From an uncultured delta proteobacterium (GTDB taxonomy: Bacteria > Myxococcota_A > Polyangia > Polyangiales > Polyangiaceae), in contig CAWDXG010000001.1 in the NCBI GenBank assembly GCA_963806225.1, positions 224,001-288,000 on the forward strand: 64,000 bases of DNA, read 5' to 3'. The notes under the pieces are model-generated. The model did not search any database and was not told the origin of the DNA. It worked only from the letters and a program-made list of their open reading frames with translations. Of the stretch, positions 19,578 through 31,501 are shown one piece after another. Within the stretch, counting starts at the first letter, position 1; every line of letters starts with the position of its first letter. Both the position numbers and the translations under genes were made by a program.

Positions 19578-21016
19578 TGAAGCCGCGTGGCGTCGGATCG
19601 TGGGCGGGCAGGGGGCTCGTGCTTGTGTCGCTCCTGGCGGCGGCCTCGTGCTCCTGGACTCGTTTCAGTGACGTCCAGAAGAACGCTCCCAACGTCCTTT
19701 TGAAACAACCGAACAAGTTGAAGGCTGGTTTCGGTGGCGGAGTTGCTGCGGCGAGTCTGGAAGTGACCGACAAGAAGGGCAAAAAGGCGCTAGAGGTGCG
19801 GCTCCTGGCCACGGGCTCACCGGGGCAGTGGGGTGGCGCGGTCTACAACCTCGGCAGCTCCGATCAGCCGGGTCTGGACGCCGTCGACACCGGTCATTGC
19901 TCCGAGGGCGTGTGCAAGCTGGCCGCCGTTCCTGCCGCTCTGCCGTTCGCGGGCTCCAAGGCCGGTGACCTCCAGCTGTGTTTCGTGAGCGGGTTGATGC
20001 AGGAGCAGCTGCCGGACTACCCGGCGGGTCTGACCGTGCGCTGCGAGGACGACTCGGACTACTCGTTCGCGGCGCCGCCGGAAGTGAAGGCCAGCGTTAT
20101 CGATCCGGCGTTCAAACCGGACCTCGGGCTTGATCCGCCCAGGCTGGTGCTCGGCACGGACCACTCCGACCGCCCGGCGCTCGTGGCGGGAGTGCGGCTG
20201 ACGATGGGAAGCAACGTCGTGGCGCGTGCGTGGATCTATCCGCCGGAGAAGTTCGCGGCCGATGACACCCAGATCCTGAAACCGCCGGGCTCGTCGCTCG
20301 ACCCAGGCTATGCCAGCGCCGTGGCGGTGGCGCGTTTGCACGACGATACGCGCATCTTCGCGGTGGGCGCGCCGGGCACGCAGGACGGGAAGGTGTGGCT
20401 GTTCCGCATGGACCCGCAGGCGACCACGGCGACGCCGGTGGGCTGTCTCGGCGGCCCGGCGGGCTTTGGTCGCACGCTCACGAGCGGCATCGTCAATCGC
20501 GACGCGGACGAGGACCTCGTGGTGGCGGACGACCAGAATGTGAGCGTGTTCAGCGGCGAGGCGCTGGGCCAGCTGAACTCGCCTGCGTCCACCCAGTGCT
20601 CGCTCGCTTCGCTGCCTGCCGGTGCGCTGATCGCGTCGTTCGGGTGCGGCCAGACGCCGGCCATCACGGGTTGCGCGGGCTCGCGCTTCGGCGCGTCGCT
20701 GGCTGTCGGCGATATCGACGGCAACGGCGACGGAGAGGTGATCGTCGGGGCGCCGGACATGACGGTGCGCGGCACGCCGAACGCGGGCGCGCTGCTCGTC
20801 TACGATGTGAGCCAGGAGCACCCCGGGGTACTGACCGAGGCGGACTTCATCTCGTCCGCAGAGGACGGCGACCGCCTGGGCACTTCCGTGACCACGGCGC
20901 ACATCGCTGGGCCTCGCGATATCATCGCGGCCGGCGCACCCGGTCACCAGAAGGTGGCGCTCTTCTATTGCTCGAGGCTCCTGCCGGGGGACAAGCGCGG
21001 CGCGCGCTGCGAGTAG
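19577..21016 (+). CDS. FG-GAP (integrin-alpha-like) repeat lipoprotein
   Basis: LLAAASC lipobox; [36 protein letters not shown]...AAGAPG. Confidence 0.8.
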   Translation: MKPRGVGSWAGRGLVLVSLLAAASCSWTRFSDVQKNAPNVLLKQPNKLKAGFGGGVAAASLEVTDKKGKKALEVRLLATGSPGQWGGAVYNLGSSDQPGLDAVDTGHCSEGVCKLAAVPAALPFAGSKAGDLQLCFVSGLMQEQLPDYPAGLTVRCEDDSDYSFAAPPEVKASVIDPAFKPDLGLDPPRLVLGTDHSDRPALVAGVRLTMGSNVVARAWIYPPEKFAADDTQILKPPGSSLDPGYASAVAVARLHDDTRIFAVGAPGTQDGKVWLFRMDPQATTATPVGCLGGPAGFGRTLTSGIVNRDADEDLVVADDQNVSVFSGEALGQLNSPASTQCSLASLPAGALIASFGCGQTPAITGCAGSRFGASLAVGDIDGNGDGEVIVGAPDMTVRGTPNAGALLVYDVSQEHPGVLTEADFISSAEDGDRLGTSVTTAHIAGPRDIIAAGAPGHQKVALFYCSRLLPGDKRGARCE

Positions 21017-21047
21017 CCTGCGGCCGATTCCCGCATTCGAGGCTGTC

Positions 21048-22477
<1,430 letters not shown>

Positions 22478-22481
<4 letters not shown>

Positions 22482-23686
22482 CCGACGCGGGGGGCAGCTC
22501 CCGCGTCGGCCCGGGCCTGTTCCTGTTGCTCTGGTGCGTCGCGGCGCTGGCAGGTTGCCGGCATCACGACGAAAAGAAGAAGCCCACCGTAGCCTCCGCG
22601 TCGGCCCGGCCGGGGACGCCGCTCGGTCCGCCGCTGGCCGAGCCGCCGCCGCGCAAGGGGATGCTCTGGATCCCCGGCGGCGCGCTGGTTGCCGGCACGC
22701 CGCCCGATTCGCTGCCGCGCATCGCCGACGAGGAGATGCCCGGCGAGCAGGTCATCCTCAAGGGCTTCTACATCGACGCATTCCCGTACCCGGACGAGGA
22801 AGGCGCGATTCCACTCACCGGCGTGGACCAGGCGCATGCCAAGACGCTTTGCGAGGATCGCGGCGAGCGGCTGTGCTCGGAGCTCGAATGGGAGCGGGCC
22901 TGCAAGGGCCCGGACAACAAGACGTACGAGTACGGTGATCGCTACCGGGCGGACCGATGCGGCACGGGCTCGCCGCCTTCGATGCGCCCGACGGGGTTGA
23001 ACGTCGGCTGCCGCAGCGATTTCGGCGTCCGCGACCTGCACGGCGGCGTCTGGGAATGGACCGACAGCCCCTGGGGGCGCGGGACCGACGGAGATCTCGC
23101 GACGCTGCGCGGCGGCAACGCGCCGCTCGGCGAGCTCGTCGGGCGCTGTGCCAATGCAATGGGTCGCCCGTCCTCGACGCGCTCCGGAGCGATCGGATTC
23201 AGGTGCTGCGCGGGTCCGCGCAACGACGCCGAAGTTGTACTGAAGGTCGAGCGGGGGCGTCCGCTCGTCTACCACCCGAAGCTGGATCGCGACCTTGCGC
23301 GACGCCTTGTCCGGCATCTACCGGACAAGGCAAGAGCGGAGCTGGACCACCCGGACAAGCTCGATCTCGAACGGATGTGGACCTGGCGTCCCATCGGCAA
23401 CGAACAGCTGGTCGTCATGGGGGGCTGTGCCGGCGTCGGCGGGAATCCCCAGTGCGGGGTGCTGGTCGTGCGCGTCACGCTGGACCGACCGCACATTCTG
23501 GCCTGGGCGTCGAGCGGCCACTGGATACCGACTCTGCACAAAGATGTGCAGCCACGCGATCTGTGGCTGTTCGGAGGCGACGAGCTGGGTTCGTTCCGTC
23601 GCCTCGTGGCCTACGCATGGGGGCGCATCGACGTGGGGTCGAAAGAGCGGCGCATCCCCAGGCCCAGACGCAAGTCGCACCGCTAG
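22478..23686 (+). CDS. FGE-sulfatase (SUMF1/EgtB/PvdO-like) domain lipoprotein
   Basis: GTG overlapping the upstream stop (GTGA); ALAGC lipobox; [36 protein letters not shown]. Confidence 0.8.
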
Positions 23687-23706
23687 CCCGGGCGCTCCCG
23701 CTTGCA

Positions 23707-24138
23707 CTACGGCGCGCGGCAGAGGGAGTCCACGCGCTCGGCTTCCGTTTTCTCGCTGCGAGCGAGATTGTCGACGCGCCGGCGTGCCCGATCCGACCGG
23801 GCGGTCTGCTTGGCTTGCGTGGCGTCGGCTAGCTCCCGGAGTGCTGCGGCGGTCTGGTTGAATAGGCTCGAAAGCTCGTCGACGGTTCTGCCGAGCTCGG
23901 GATTGTGGGTTGGACGCTGTCGTTCGATGTCGTTGGCCAGCGCTGCGTACCGCGCCGCGGCCTTGCGCAGTGCGACAGGCTGCTCCTGGCCGGCGCCTGC
24001 TTCCACCTGGTCGAGCGCTCGATTGACGGTGCGGGCCAGGTCGCGGCATTCCCGCGCCTTGGCCATGTGGGTGCAGCCGAGAAGGAGCAGTGCCGGGAGC
24101 GCCAGGCCGATTCGACGAGCGGACACGCCGCCCGTCAT
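23707..24138 (-). CDS. Helical lipoprotein, hypothetical
   Basis: AGGAGG upstream of the ATG; LLLLGC lipobox. Confidence 0.6.
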   Translation of the reverse strand: MTGGVSARRIGLALPALLLLGCTHMAKARECRDLARTVNRALDQVEAGAGQEQPVALRKAAARYAALANDIERQRPTHNPELGRTVDELSSLFNQTAAALRELADATQAKQTARSDRARRRVDNLARSEKTEAERVDSLCRAP

Positions 24139-24328
24139 AGCCGCTTGCCCTCCTGGTTGAAAGCTCCGGGACCACGCTGGCGGATCGACGCGCCACTCCG
24201 ACGTGCCGCTCGACAACTTCATGTGGAGCATCAATCCGTCGGGGGTGGGCACGGTGGCTCGGTAGCGTCGGGGCCGCTGCTGGAGAAGTCCGCTGGTCGG
24301 CGCACGCGCCGCGGTCTAGCCTTGGGGC

Positions 24329-25540
24329 GTGTCGCGGCTGCGCCCGATATTCAGGTCTTCCCTGGCTCTGTCCCTCGTGATGGCGCTCTTCGCCGCGGGC
24401 TGCCACGACGACAAGAGCCCACCCGGCAAGCCCAGCCTGCTGCGGCGCGGGCCGAGGCTGTCGGGCTCGCTTTCCCCGGCGGTGCCGAGCGGGCTGCCGA
24501 AGGACCTGGCGCGCCTGCTCGCGGACGGCGGCGCCCGGCGCGGTGGCGGAGCGAAGAAGCTTGCAGAGAAGGAGATAGCCCGCATCCGCGAGCACGATCT
24601 CACGCTCACGCCGCGCAGCGCGCCCGCACAGCAGATCGCGTTCGGGCGAGCGGCATTGGGTCAGCTCACGGGCGACGCGCTGGTGGTCCGAAGCACGAAG
24701 AGCTGGAAAGAGCAGGCGCGCGTAGCGATGAGCGCGCCACGTCGGCTGCTCGTGCTCGCGGACGGCAGCTTCCTGGCGCTGTCCGCGGCGAGCAGCTATC
24801 GGCTCGCGCCGGGCAAGAAGTCCCCCGAGCTCCATCCGCGCGTCACCCTCTTTCCCGGCTCCGTGGCGTTTGCAGACCGGCGGGACAAGCAGCACTTCTG
24901 GCTGCTCCACTCGTTCGACGAGACCCTCTACCAGTATCAGCTCGAGAGCGCGATCGGATCGCTGATGGGCATGGGAGATTTCGCGGAGCTCAAGGGCTTC
25001 GACCACCAGGCCTTCGCGGCGCTGAAGGATGGTTCCTTCCTGTATACGACCAAGGACGGTTTCCGCCGCTTCTACCCGAAGGGCAAGCAGTCCGACATGA
25101 AGGCGCCGCCCGGCGAGGGCAAGGTGTGGCGCCTGCTGACGACGAAGCGTCTCGATCGCGTCTGGGTTGCGCGGGGTGACGGCGAGCTCATGCTGGCGCA
25201 GCTCGGACCAGAGATGCGCGTCGTGAAGAAGATCGAGTTGCCCGCGACCTTGTTCGACATCGCTTCAAACGACAGCTACCTCGCGGCTCTTCGCGTCGAG
25301 CAGCCCGACGGTGGTCCGCGCCAGTGGAAGCTCGCCGTCTACGACGCCGACGGCAAGCAGCTCTTCGCGGCAACCCTGCCGGCCGAGCCGGCGCCGCCTG
25401 CCGGCGAGGACTGGGTGCGGGCCGTCACGCGGAACCGCTCCGTCGTGCTTGCGCCGCATGCGCCGCTGGTCGCGGTCGGCGGTCCCGGCGCCTTGATGGT
25501 GTGGGACATCAAGACGAAGAAGCAGGTGCTGTCACCCTAG
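24329..25540 (+). CDS. Lipoprotein, probable beta-propeller, hypothetical
   Basis: ALFAAGC lipobox; C-terminal LVAVGG...LMVWDI is WD-like. Confidence 0.65.
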   Translation: MSRLRPIFRSSLALSLVMALFAAGCHDDKSPPGKPSLLRRGPRLSGSLSPAVPSGLPKDLARLLADGGARRGGGAKKLAEKEIARIREHDLTLTPRSAPAQQIAFGRAALGQLTGDALVVRSTKSWKEQARVAMSAPRRLLVLADGSFLALSAASSYRLAPGKKSPELHPRVTLFPGSVAFADRRDKQHFWLLHSFDETLYQYQLESAIGSLMGMGDFAELKGFDHQAFAALKDGSFLYTTKDGFRRFYPKGKQSDMKAPPGEGKVWRLLTTKRLDRVWVARGDGELMLAQLGPEMRVVKKIELPATLFDIASNDSYLAALRVEQPDGGPRQWKLAVYDADGKQLFAATLPAEPAPPAGEDWVRAVTRNRSVVLAPHAPLVAVGGPGALMVWDIKTKKQVLSP

Positions 25541-28500
25541 CTTGCGGCGGCGCCTGCGTGTCCGCTCGCGGCGGCCGACAACCAGGCCGAGCCCGAGCAG
25601 AAGCAGCCAGCCGGCACCCGTGTCGTTGTCGGGCTCTGCCGGAACGCGGCAGCCGCAGCCGCCCTTCGTGTTGCTGTCGGCGCCCTTCTTGCCCGCCGCG
25701 CCGTCGATGCCGGAGTCGAGCAGGCCGCCCGCGCTGCCGCCGGAGGCATTGCCCGCTCCGCCGCCGAGGCCTCCCGCGCCGGCCGCGCCCGCCGCGCCGG
25801 CCGTGCCTCCCGCGCCAGCCATGCCCGCGCTGCCGCCTGTGGCCGTAGCTCCGCCGCCACCTGCCGCCCCGTCGAGGTTGGCGTCGAGACTGGCGTCGGA
25901 ACTGGCGTCACTGCTCGCATCCACGCCCGAGTCCGCCGCGTCGCTGCCCGCATCGGCGACGGCTGGCACGCAGGCGCCGTTGGGATCACACGCGAAGCCG
26001 TTCTGACAGTCTGCGTTGCTGCCGCACGACGTGCCGCAGCCCGCTCCGTTGCACACATACGGCGAGCAGTCCTGGGTCGTCGGCGGCAGGCAGGTGCCGG
26101 CCGAGTTGCACACCGCCAGCCCCGTGGCGACGCCGTTGTTGCACGAGCCGACGCCGCAGAAGGTCGCGCTGCCGGGGAACACGCACTTCGGCGTGGCCGT
26201 TCCGTCGCACTGCGCTCCGCACGGGCCCGAACCGCCGCAGGTCGGGCGCCCGCCGTGGGGCTGTCCGGCCACCGGTGCGCAGAAGCCCTGGCTGCCGGGC
26301 ACATCGCAGGCCTGGCATTGGCCGGAGCAGGCCACGTTGCAGCAGTAGCCGTCCACGCAGTGCGCGTTCGTGCATTGCGCATCGCTGCTGCACGGCTGCC
26401 CGTCCGGGAGCTCTGCCACGCACACGCCTGCCGAGCAGTACTTGCCCGCGCCGCACTCCGAATTCGTCGTGCAGCCGCCTGCACACAGGCCGGAGCTGTT
26501 GCAGCTGGCCGGGCATACCTGCTGCTGCATGGCGGGGCAGGTGCCGTCGCCGTTGCAGTACGCCGCGAGGGTCGCCACGCCGCCCGTGCAGGAAGCCGTG
26601 CGGCACTCGGTGCCCGTTGTCGGATAGGCGCAGCCGGTGCGGTCGCTGCCGTCGCAGGCGCCGTCGCAGGCCGTGCCGTCGCCGGTGCAGGCGGCGCGCG
26701 TGCCATGCGGTGCGCCGGACACCGCGCTGCAGGTTCCCTCGCTGCCCGCCACGTCGCACGCCTCGCACTGTCCGGTGCAGGCCTCGTTGCAGCAGTAGCC
26801 GTCCACGCAGACGCCCGAAATGCAGCTCCCGCTGCTCGAGCAGGCGTCGCCCACCTGCCGCTTCGGCGTGCACACGCCGCCAGCGCAGAACTGGCTGGGG
26901 GCGCAGTCCGTGTCGAGCGTGCAGTTGCCGGCGCAAGCCGTACCGGCGGTGTTGCACTGGAACGGGGCGCAGTCCTGCCGCACCTCGGCGGGACAGTGGC
27001 CGGTGCCGGTGCAGAACGCTTCAATCGTCGCGTTGTCGTTCGTGCAGCTTGCCTGCCGGCAGACCGTGCCCGGACCGGCGTAGGTGCAGGTGGAGGTAAG
27101 CTTGCCGTCGCAGGTGCCGCCGCAAAGCGAGCCATCCGTGATGCAGGCGGGGCGGGAGCCGTGCGGCGCACCCGTGACCGCAGTACAGGTGCCCACGCTG
27201 CCCGTCGAGTCGCAGGCCTGGCATTGTCCGGAGCAAGCGGCGTCACAGCACACGCCGTCCACGCAGAAGCCGCTCTGGCACTGGTTGCCCGCGCCGCAGG
27301 CCTTGCCATCAGTCGACTTCGGCTTGCACAGGCCGCCGGAGCAGAAGTAGCCGTCGGCGCACTGCACGTCGAGCGAGCAGTTCGCGAAGCACTGCGTCGG
27401 CCCGCAGGAGAACGGCGAGCAGGTCTGGGTCTGTTCCGCCGGACACGACCCGGAGCCGTTGCAGAACGCCTGCAGCGTGGCCACGCCGTTGGTGCAGGAG
27501 GGGCCCGTGCATTCCGTGGTACCGCCCGGGTAGAAACACTGGGCGGTGAGCGTGCCGTTGCAGTAGCCGTCGCAGGCGCTGCCGTCCGCGGCGCATGCGG
27601 CGCGGCTGCCTCGCGGCGCCCCGGTCACGGGTTTGCACACGCCCGGCGTCACGTCGCAGGCCTGGCACTGTCCGTTGCACGCGGTGTTGCAGCAGACGCC
27701 GTCCGTGCAGTGTCCGCTCGTGCACTGGTGGTTGGCGCTGCACGACAGGCCGTTCGCGACCTTTGGAACGCAGGACGAGCCGTTGCAGTAGTCGCCGACG
27801 ATGCAGTGCGTGTCGGCCGTGCAGCTCGTCCGGCATGCGGTGGCGCCGCACACGAACGGATCGCAGCTCTGGGTCTGCTGCTGGGGGCAGTCGACGCCGT
27901 TACCGGGGCAGTCCGCCGCCAGCGTCTCCACGCCGTTGGTGCAGGAGGCGGCGCGGCACTCGGTGGACGAGGACTTGAAGCTGTTGGAGGGACAGCTGGT
28001 ACTGCTGCCGTTGCAGTACTCGGCCACATCGCAAACCCCCTGCGAGGCGTTGCAGACGTGGGTGCTCGGCAGCGTCTGGCACTGGCCCACCGTGCCCGTG
28101 TTGCACGCCTGGCAGTCGTTGGGGTTGGTCCCGCCGCACGCGGTGTTGCAGCACACCCCGTCGACGCAATACCCGCTCGAGCACTCGTGGTTGGCGCCGC
28201 AGGTGGTTCCGCTCGACTTGAGGGGCTTGCAGGTGGGCGCGTCGCAGTAGTTGCCTGAAGCGCAGTCCCCGTCGACCGCGCAGCCTCCGAGGCAGGTGCT
28301 GCCCTGGCAGGTGGTCGGGCTGCAGTTCTGGGTTGTCTGGCTGGGGCAGCTGGCGCTGCCGCCGGAGCAGAAAGCCGGAAGGATGGCGGTGGTGCCGTTG
28401 AGGCAGCTTGCGGCTCGGCACTGCGTGGACGACCCCAAGAACCCGTCCACAGGGCAGGTCGTGCTGACGCCGTCGCAGAATTCGGCAACATCGCAGACGC

Positions 28501-29710
28501 CGGCGGAAGCGCGGCACTGCTGGGTATTGGGTGCGGGGTCGTACGGACAGGTCTTGTCCGTCCCGTTGCACTTGTCGATCGTGCACGGGTTGCCGTCGTT
28601 GGTGCAGGCGGTGCCCGAGGACTTCTTGTTGTCAGGGCAAGTCGAGGAGCCGGTCGAGCAGTAGTCGGCCAGGTCGCAGTCGCCGTTCTTGGCGCGGCAC
28701 AAGACGCCGCCCTGGTTGGTGAGGTGCGAGCAGGTACCGCTCTCGCACACGTCGGAGGTGCAGACGTTGCTGTCGCTGCTGCACGCGGTGCCGTTGGTCT
28801 TCGTCGGGTTCGAGCACGTCCCGCTGCCGGGCTGGCAGGTGCCGGCGTAGTGGCACTCGTTGAGCGCCGTGCAGCTCGCCACGTTGCAGCACACGCCATC
28901 GGTACAGGAGAGCCCGCTCTTGCAGTCGTGAGTTGCGCTGCAGGAGGCGCCCTGGGGCCTCAGGTACTGGATGTGGAGCGTGGGCCGGTGGGAGGCCGTC
29001 GCGCTCTCTCGCGAGCCGAAGACTCGAGCCGACTTGTAGGTCGTTGCCTCCGGGCCCCGGAGGATCCAGCCGTGGTTGGAGCTTGCGGAGTTGACCCAGA
29101 GTTGTACGTCCGACGCAAGATTGGCCGAGGAAAAGGTCTTGGCACCGAGGCCGGTGCCCATGTTGTTGCTGGCCCGGGCGCCGCTGAAGTACCCGCCCAG
29201 AGTGGACCAGGTATAGCCGAGGGAGTAGACGCGGTACTGCCACGTCGCGTCCGCGCCCGATGCCGGCCTCAGACCTCCGCCGCCAAGGTCGGGATCGGAG
29301 TTGGACGATCCTTCGGACCAGCCCTGGTACAACCTGTACAGCGAGAACGTCTCGGTGCCCTGTCCGCCCGGAAGCTTCTCGAGATAGAACGTTACCGAAG
29401 CGCTCGTGATCTGCGATCCGCTCGGGATGACACAGTCGTTGAAGCCGTTGCCCCCGATGTTGTCCGTGCAGCCCGAGGTGCTCGCGATATTGAAGTAGGT
29501 GAGCGCGCGCCTGATGCCGTGGCTACCGTACGTGTCACCCGCGTAGAGATGCGTGCCTTTGCCGTCGGAGTAGGTCAGGTGGTCGCTGCCGATGGTCGTG
29601 TCCAGGCTCGCCACCCAGGTCGCGTCGCCGTGGGCGTTGGCGCGCGTGCTGAGCAGCAGCGCTGCCAGCGCGCACGGAACGATGAGTGCCGAACCGATTC
29701 CGATACGCAT
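25532..29710 (-). CDS. Large cysteine-rich surface protein: DNRLRE-like N-domain, CxDGxCC repeats, disintegrin-like repeats, MYXO-CTERM anchor
   Basis: Signal peptide; RRALTYF..IPSGSQITSASVTF..WSEG..ATW..DVQLWV..NHGWIL..FGSRE..RPTL (DNRLRE-like); six C(T/V)DG(V/Y)CC units; GGCGC, TM helix and poly-Arg tail. Confidence 0.85.
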   Translation of the reverse strand: MRIGIGSALIVPCALAALLLSTRANAHGDATWVASLDTTIGSDHLTYSDGKGTHLYAGDTYGSHGIRRALTYFNIASTSGCTDNIGGNGFNDCVIPSGSQITSASVTFYLEKLPGGQGTETFSLYRLYQGWSEGSSNSDPDLGGGGLRPASGADATWQYRVYSLGYTWSTLGGYFSGARASNNMGTGLGAKTFSSANLASDVQLWVNSASSNHGWILRGPEATTYKSARVFGSRESATASHRPTLHIQYLRPQGASCSATHDCKSGLSCTDGVCCNVASCTALNECHYAGTCQPGSGTCSNPTKTNGTACSSDSNVCTSDVCESGTCSHLTNQGGVLCRAKNGDCDLADYCSTGSSTCPDNKKSSGTACTNDGNPCTIDKCNGTDKTCPYDPAPNTQQCRASAGVCDVAEFCDGVSTTCPVDGFLGSSTQCRAASCLNGTTAILPAFCSGGSASCPSQTTQNCSPTTCQGSTCLGGCAVDGDCASGNYCDAPTCKPLKSSGTTCGANHECSSGYCVDGVCCNTACGGTNPNDCQACNTGTVGQCQTLPSTHVCNASQGVCDVAEYCNGSSTSCPSNSFKSSSTECRAASCTNGVETLAADCPGNGVDCPQQQTQSCDPFVCGATACRTSCTADTHCIVGDYCNGSSCVPKVANGLSCSANHQCTSGHCTDGVCCNTACNGQCQACDVTPGVCKPVTGAPRGSRAACAADGSACDGYCNGTLTAQCFYPGGTTECTGPSCTNGVATLQAFCNGSGSCPAEQTQTCSPFSCGPTQCFANCSLDVQCADGYFCSGGLCKPKSTDGKACGAGNQCQSGFCVDGVCCDAACSGQCQACDSTGSVGTCTAVTGAPHGSRPACITDGSLCGGTCDGKLTSTCTYAGPGTVCRQASCTNDNATIEAFCTGTGHCPAEVRQDCAPFQCNTAGTACAGNCTLDTDCAPSQFCAGGVCTPKRQVGDACSSSGSCISGVCVDGYCCNEACTGQCEACDVAGSEGTCSAVSGAPHGTRAACTGDGTACDGACDGSDRTGCAYPTTGTECRTASCTGGVATLAAYCNGDGTCPAMQQQVCPASCNSSGLCAGGCTTNSECGAGKYCSAGVCVAELPDGQPCSSDAQCTNAHCVDGYCCNVACSGQCQACDVPGSQGFCAPVAGQPHGGRPTCGGSGPCGAQCDGTATPKCVFPGSATFCGVGSCNNGVATGLAVCNSAGTCLPPTTQDCSPYVCNGAGCGTSCGSNADCQNGFACDPNGACVPAVADAGSDAADSGVDASSDASSDASLDANLDGAAGGGGATATGGSAGMAGAGGTAGAAGAAGAGGLGGGAGNASGGSAGGLLDSGIDGAAGKKGADSNTKGGCGCRVPAEPDNDTGAGWLLLLGLGLVVGRRERTRRRRRKLG

Positions 29711-29847
29711 GAAAAGCAACCAATCGCCGAAACGAACCCAGGAGACGGTAGCTTTCGGCACTGTGTCGCGTCAACGGCCAACGGCCTTGCCGGTGTGGGA
29801 CGTTCGAGGGCGGTGCCCGGGCGACTTTGATCTACTCTGTGCCGGCC

Positions 29848-30681
29848 ATGCGGTTTCGTCTTGTTGTCGGGGCCATCCTATCTGCCCTGGTCTTCTGTGT
29901 CCTGCCGGCCTGCAGCAAGCACCGTCAGGAGCCAACGCATGGGGCCACAAGCGAAGCCGAGCCGCTAGAGCTCACGGTGGTCGGCTCCGCCGAGCTGGAA
30001 TCACCGCTCCGTGCCGCCCTCTCGAAGTACCGGCAGCCCGCGAAACTCCTGACCGCAACTCCCGCTGACATGGCGCGGCGCGTTGGAGGCAAGCCGGTAC
30101 CGGATCTCGTCGTTCTTCCCGAGGGCGATGCGCTTTCGACGCTCGAGAGCTCCGGCAAGCTGGTCAAGGGTTCGGTCCGCCCGCTCGTCCAGGACCACCT
30201 CGTCATCATCGGCTTCCCGAAGTGTCCGATTCCGTTGAAGGAGCCCACGGATCTCTCCCGGTTGGGAGCGGAAAACCCGCCCTGGCGGGGACGGCTCATG
30301 GTGCTCGACCCCGCGACACCGGTTGGAGCCCTTACCCGCACGTATCTGCAGTCCCTGCACGCGGAGGGCGGGAGCGTCTGGGATGTGATCGACAAGCGGC
30401 GGAGTGTCGCTCCGGACGTTCTGTCGATCGAACGCCGCCTGCAGGTCGTGCAGCGCATGCTCGGCATCGTTGCTACGCATGACGCCGCGAAAATGGGCGA
30501 GAAGGTCAAGATCGTGCTTCCGCTCACCGAAAAGGACGCGCCCCGCCTTCGCTATGACGTCGGCGTGGTCCAGACGGGACATACGAAGGAAGCCCGGCAG
30601 CTCGCCGACTTCCTCGCGGCTCCGCCCCAGATAGCCGTCTTCACGAAGCAGGGCTTCCAGCGGGCCGAGAAGGCCAAATAG
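29848..30681 (+). CDS. modA: Divergent ModA-like oxyanion ABC substrate-binding lipoprotein
   Basis: LPAC lipobox; DHLVII, LDPATPVG, LRYDVGVV, EARQLADFL, FTKQGF follow the ModA/SBP_bac_11 layout; next to mos and modC. The usual AAAS motif is not conserved. Confidence 0.6.
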   Translation: MRFRLVVGAILSALVFCVLPACSKHRQEPTHGATSEAEPLELTVVGSAELESPLRAALSKYRQPAKLLTATPADMARRVGGKPVPDLVVLPEGDALSTLESSGKLVKGSVRPLVQDHLVIIGFPKCPIPLKEPTDLSRLGAENPPWRGRLMVLDPATPVGALTRTYLQSLHAEGGSVWDVIDKRRSVAPDVLSIERRLQVVQRMLGIVATHDAAKMGEKVKIVLPLTEKDAPRLRYDVGVVQTGHTKEARQLADFLAAPPQIAVFTKQGFQRAEKAK

Positions 30682-30712
30682 CGTCCCGCCCGCGGGCTGC
30701 CACAATCCCCGG

Positions 30713-31501
30713 ATGGCTCCGGACCACGACAGCTTCGACCCGCAGGCGGCGAGCTTCGACGAACGCGCGGGCCTGCCCGCCGACGCGTGCCGTCAGATAG
30801 CCGAAGTCGTTGTGGAGCTTGTCGGTCCCGAGGCGGCGCTGCTCGAGATCGGTGCCGGCACGGGAGCCATCGGCTGCGAGCTCTGCCGTCTGCTGCCGGC
30901 GTACACAGCGCTCGACTCGGCTCCGGGGATGCTCGATGTGTTCGCCGGGCGACTGGGTGATAGTGCATGCGACTGTCTCGTCGTCGGCGACGCAGCGCAG
31001 CGCTGGCCGGTGGCGGACCGGAGCCAGGGCGGCGTTTTCGGCTCGCGCGCGCTGCACCTGCTCGACGCGGCTCACGTCATCGCCGAGCTCGACCGGGTCC
31101 TGGTACCCGGCGGCGTCCTGCTCGTGGGGCGCGTCGAACGGGCCGCGGACGACCCGCGCGAGAGGCTCCGGCGCGAGATGCGGAAGCGACTGTCCGGCCT
31201 GACGCGGACCGAGCCGCGGCAGCGCCACGGGCTTGTCGCCGCCCTGGTCGAGCGCGGAGCCGAAGCCATCGAGCGTCACGAAGCGGCCGGCTGGACCGCC
31301 CGCTGGACGCCCCGCGAAGTGCTGGAGGCCTGGCGCCGGCGTCAGCCGCTATCGGGTGTTGCGCTCGATCCGGATGCGCGCCACAGCCTCTTGTCCGGCC
31401 TCGAGCGCTGGGTCGAGGCTCATCTTGGCGGGCTCGACGTTCCGTTCGGGTCCGAACCCACGTATACCCTCGAAGGCGTGAGACTCCACGACGCGACATG
31501 A
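30713..31501 (+). CDS. Class I SAM-dependent methyltransferase
   Basis: LLEIGAGTG (motif I), ALDSAPGML, VVGDA, ALHLL, RVLVPGGVLL. Confidence 0.88.
   Translation: MAPDHDSFDPQAASFDERAGLPADACRQIAEVVVELVGPEAALLEIGAGTGAIGCELCRLLPAYTALDSAPGMLDVFAGRLGDSACDCLVVGDAAQRWPVADRSQGGVFGSRALHLLDAAHVIAELDRVLVPGGVLLVGRVERAADDPRERLRREMRKRLSGLTRTEPRQRHGLVAALVERGAEAIERHEAAGWTARWTPREVLEAWRRRQPLSGVALDPDARHSLLSGLERWVEAHLGGLDVPFGSEPTYTLEGVRLHDAT

Noticed and set aside
29711..29847. ModE box or Moco riboswitch upstream of the Mo cluster
   Set aside because: No TATAT-N7-TAYAT-like site and no structure I can recognise.
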